From NCBI GenBank assembly GCA_000182565.2, contig KQ257465.1: DNA of 25,189 nucleotides; one strand, 5' to 3'. The DNA is from Spizellomyces punctatus DAOM BR117 (Eukaryota). The translations under genes were made by a program, and so were the position numbers. Shown in pieces: positions 22,437 through 25,189 of the stretch (the first letter of the stretch is position 1; each line of letters begins with the position of its first letter). The notes under the pieces were generated by a model that saw only the letters and a program-made list of their open reading frames with translations, was not told the origin of the DNA and did no database searches.

Positions 22437-22483
22437 GGAACAGAATACCTCGTCGCTCACCCTTCGCGTTTGGCCGTCTCGCG

Positions 22484-24843
22484 ATGAAAAAGAAAATTGA
22501 CCAAAAGAAAGCGGAAGAGTTAGTGCAAGCATATTTGAAAAGTGGACCCAAGTGCCCTTCCTACCGCGGGTTTCTGGACCACTCTTTGTTCGCCTTTCGT
22601 GGTCTGGAGCGCTGGGATCAAAGGTATGCGAACGGCCATCTTTGGAAGGCCTTCAAGGACAGTGTAGGCCCAGCCGCGGTTTACAACAAAAAGGTAATTA
22701 CCTCTATCCTTTCACGGCATGGGACACTTGGCCATTACTACTGGACGAAACACTACGCTGCACAAACCCGGGTTGTCCTCCATGAACTGAGGTGGAAACC
22801 GTGGTAGCTAGACTTTCTGACACGCTAATGGTTGTCCCTCTCTCGCCGTGTTTCTCTGTGACCCCGTCAAGCGCCAGCTATGTTGACCAAAGCAGCCTAA
22901 TCTTCATCGTATTCGCTGCGGGGAATGTGAACGTTGTATGGTGCAAAAGGAAACTTATGCACCGCCAAGTTGGCAACTTGATGGAGATACAAATCCTTTG
23001 TGAGGCGCTGTGTCCCTAGGATTTTGCTATTACTCGGCCAATACCTCGTTCGCCTCCCATATGGAGGACCGGCAACTAATAAAGGCTGCATATTGGGAAG
23101 CTGCAATCTACTGACCATCATTTGTCCTTTTATGTCATCACATGTACGTGTTTTATAAAGGACGTTGGAACGTTTTGGCGGGAGGTAAGTCGATTCCAAA
23201 GGGTGCATTAATGGCTTGATATCCTCCAACATACTTCTGATCTTTTCATAGATGTTTCCCAGGTCACTCTTTGTTCGAGGACCTTTCACGCTAGACCACA
23301 GCGTGAACGCGCCAGTCAGTGTAGGACATAGTCAGGGGCACATTACTGGTGTAGATCAAAGCCGCCAGAACGTGTATTGTACCAAACTCAACCAGAAAAA
23401 GCGCACCCTATCACCGAGTCCTGAGGTGCTGCAGAAACGCATCCGGGCCTATTCTCCCGCGTCAGATTATGACGACACGCTGTCCGAGGATGGATTTTCC
23501 GAGCCGGACTCCCTCTTCGACGTCATCGCGCCATCTGGGCTCCCCGCCGAAGAGAGAGTTTTCGATGGTGATCAGCCTCTTCCATTCGCTCTTTTGTCAC
23601 CGACAAATCTTTCTGCACAGCTCGAGAATATCTTGGAGTCTCAATTGGGATTGTCGGGAACAAAGGAGCAAAAACGTGATCCCTTTTTGCATCGAATCGT
23701 TGACCTTACTGGATCAATTATAGGTCAACCCCAATCTGTATCCAGCCACCTTTCAAATGACATGAAAAAATCTGTGAAGGATATCATTGGTGCAGTCCTA
23801 ACCCGTGCGGAATGGCAACAGGTCGACAGTGACGTGAACAGTTTATTCAATGTGATGAAGCATGTAAGTGCAAGTGCACTGTACTGTGAACTCTACTGCT
23901 AGCATGCTAACTTCTTATTTAGATACCTGCCGATGAGTTGGTTCGCCTAGGTCGAGAATCTAAAGTCGAAGGTTTCCGCAAAACACTTACAGACATGTTG
24001 GAAATGGACGAGGGGCTGACGGCACCCACCAAGAATGGAGGCTTCATTCGCAACTTGTTAACTTCAGTGACGGCATCCAAAACGGCATCCAAGAAGGTTG
24101 CGACCTCTGTTGCCATTGACAACAAGGATGTCCAATATGTGTTGAATCTCTTGTATGAGGTTTCAGAATTGTCTGTCACTGCAAGAAGCGAGCGTGACCT
24201 TGACATTGACGTCCATCAACACTTGCTGTTGTGCCTCCGAGGTGTTGTGGACAAGCACTATGGAGAACTCGAGTCGCGTGCCTCCCGGGACAGGCGTATC
24301 AGGACTGGTGGAAAGACAAGGGGTGCATCTCTAGACTGGCTGTTTACCAGCCATGCCGCTGACTCGAGCACAACATGGGGTGTGGAATTTGGGGCCGCTG
24401 CCAACATTGGGTCAAGCACAGTTGGTCGAAAACCAGTAACAGACAGATGCGGCTTATACATAATTTTACGTGACATTCATATTGCAATGTCGCGACGCAT
24501 CCTCGATATCCGCCGTTTTGACGACACAAATGCTGTGAGGAAAGCTGTGGCTCAGCTCCCTGTTCCAGGCATCATTCTTCACAATTTCCGTTATGTCTTG
24601 GTGGCGGTTGTGTACTTGGAGGGGGGATGGTATGTCACGGAGCAACTTGGAGTTTTTGAACTCCCAGTCTTTGCTATGAAGAATAACTTTGGTGCACAGC
24701 TGGTAGCTGCTGCTCGGCAGATGCTACACTTCCGGAACATCTTGCGATCATTAAGAGACGCTTACTTTCAACTAATTGACACGGAGGTTAAAATAGCTGC
24801 AGATCCATTTGATGGTAGCAAAGCTTGGATCACACCGGCTTAA
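22484..24843 (+). CDS. Restriction-endonuclease-fold protein of the fungal GE-S-AS-RR/G-D/E-G type, interrupted by an insert
   Basis: ATG 22484; introns 22792-22871 (weak donor) and 23864-23922 keep frame. The C-terminal domain reads SERDLD...YGELESRASRDRR...GASLDWLF...VEFGAAANIG...ILRDI. A 394-bp insert lies at ~22901-23294. Confidence 0.65.
22901..23294 (+). mobile_element. 394-bp insertion with Helitron-like ends carrying an antisense open frame
   Basis: Begins TC after an A, ends CTAG, with hairpin AGGTC(A)CTC-N7-GAGGACCT (23261-23284) 10 nt from the end. Removing it restores the host frame. Confidence 0.35.
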
Positions 24844-25189
24844 GAATAAATACATATATGCCTTTGTTGCGAGTCAGTAATTGTTATCTATTCTTCTAAC
24901 ACTGCAGTAATGTTTTGGCCAGCCTTTGTTGTTGTCCTATGAAGTATCAGCTACGGAACTATCACCTATGATGGATTTTTTCCTTGAGTTGCTGTGGTGG
25001 ACGATACTTTTGATCCCATTTGTACTGTTCAACTTGCTGATCCAGGCCAATTTGCTCACTTTCAAAGCTGCCATCCGCTTCTGGAGTGCAAAGCCAAGCT
25101 CCCCGTTTCTGCCTTACTGTATTTGGAATGGATCCAGAGTGCTATGCGTCAACCCGCTGATATTCCGAGATACCCAGATATGAGAATAA

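Noticed and set aside
24926-25183. 85-aa hydrophobic ORF at the window end
   Set aside because: TTG start, no recognisable family and no supporting gene structure.

Overview
Intron-containing fungal genomic DNA, most consistent with a zoosporic chytrid (Spizellomycetales-like; inferred from gene content). The left ~12 kb holds a multi-domain GH18 chitinase (CBM18-GH18-Cys-rich-S/T/P linker-CBM52), an assembly gap, an F-box gene, a class C GPCR with a PH-like cytoplasmic tail, a broken multi-pass membrane gene and a 2OG-Fe(II) oxygenase. The right ~13 kb is accessory, transposon-rich sequence. It contains two head-to-head gene pairs (one of unknown proteins with repeated microexon+intron units, one of two PD-(D/E)xK restriction-endonuclease-fold proteins) and a 5'-truncated, decayed Fanzor1 (eukaryotic TnpB-type RNA-guided nuclease). 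The Fanzor omega-RNA scaffold and element right end (18541-18610, minus strand) are still recognisable, and a tRNA-spaced Pol III A-box/B-box pair overlaps the end of the ORF and the scaffold. All gene models were spliced and translated by eye, and family assignments rest on motif recognition, not database searches.
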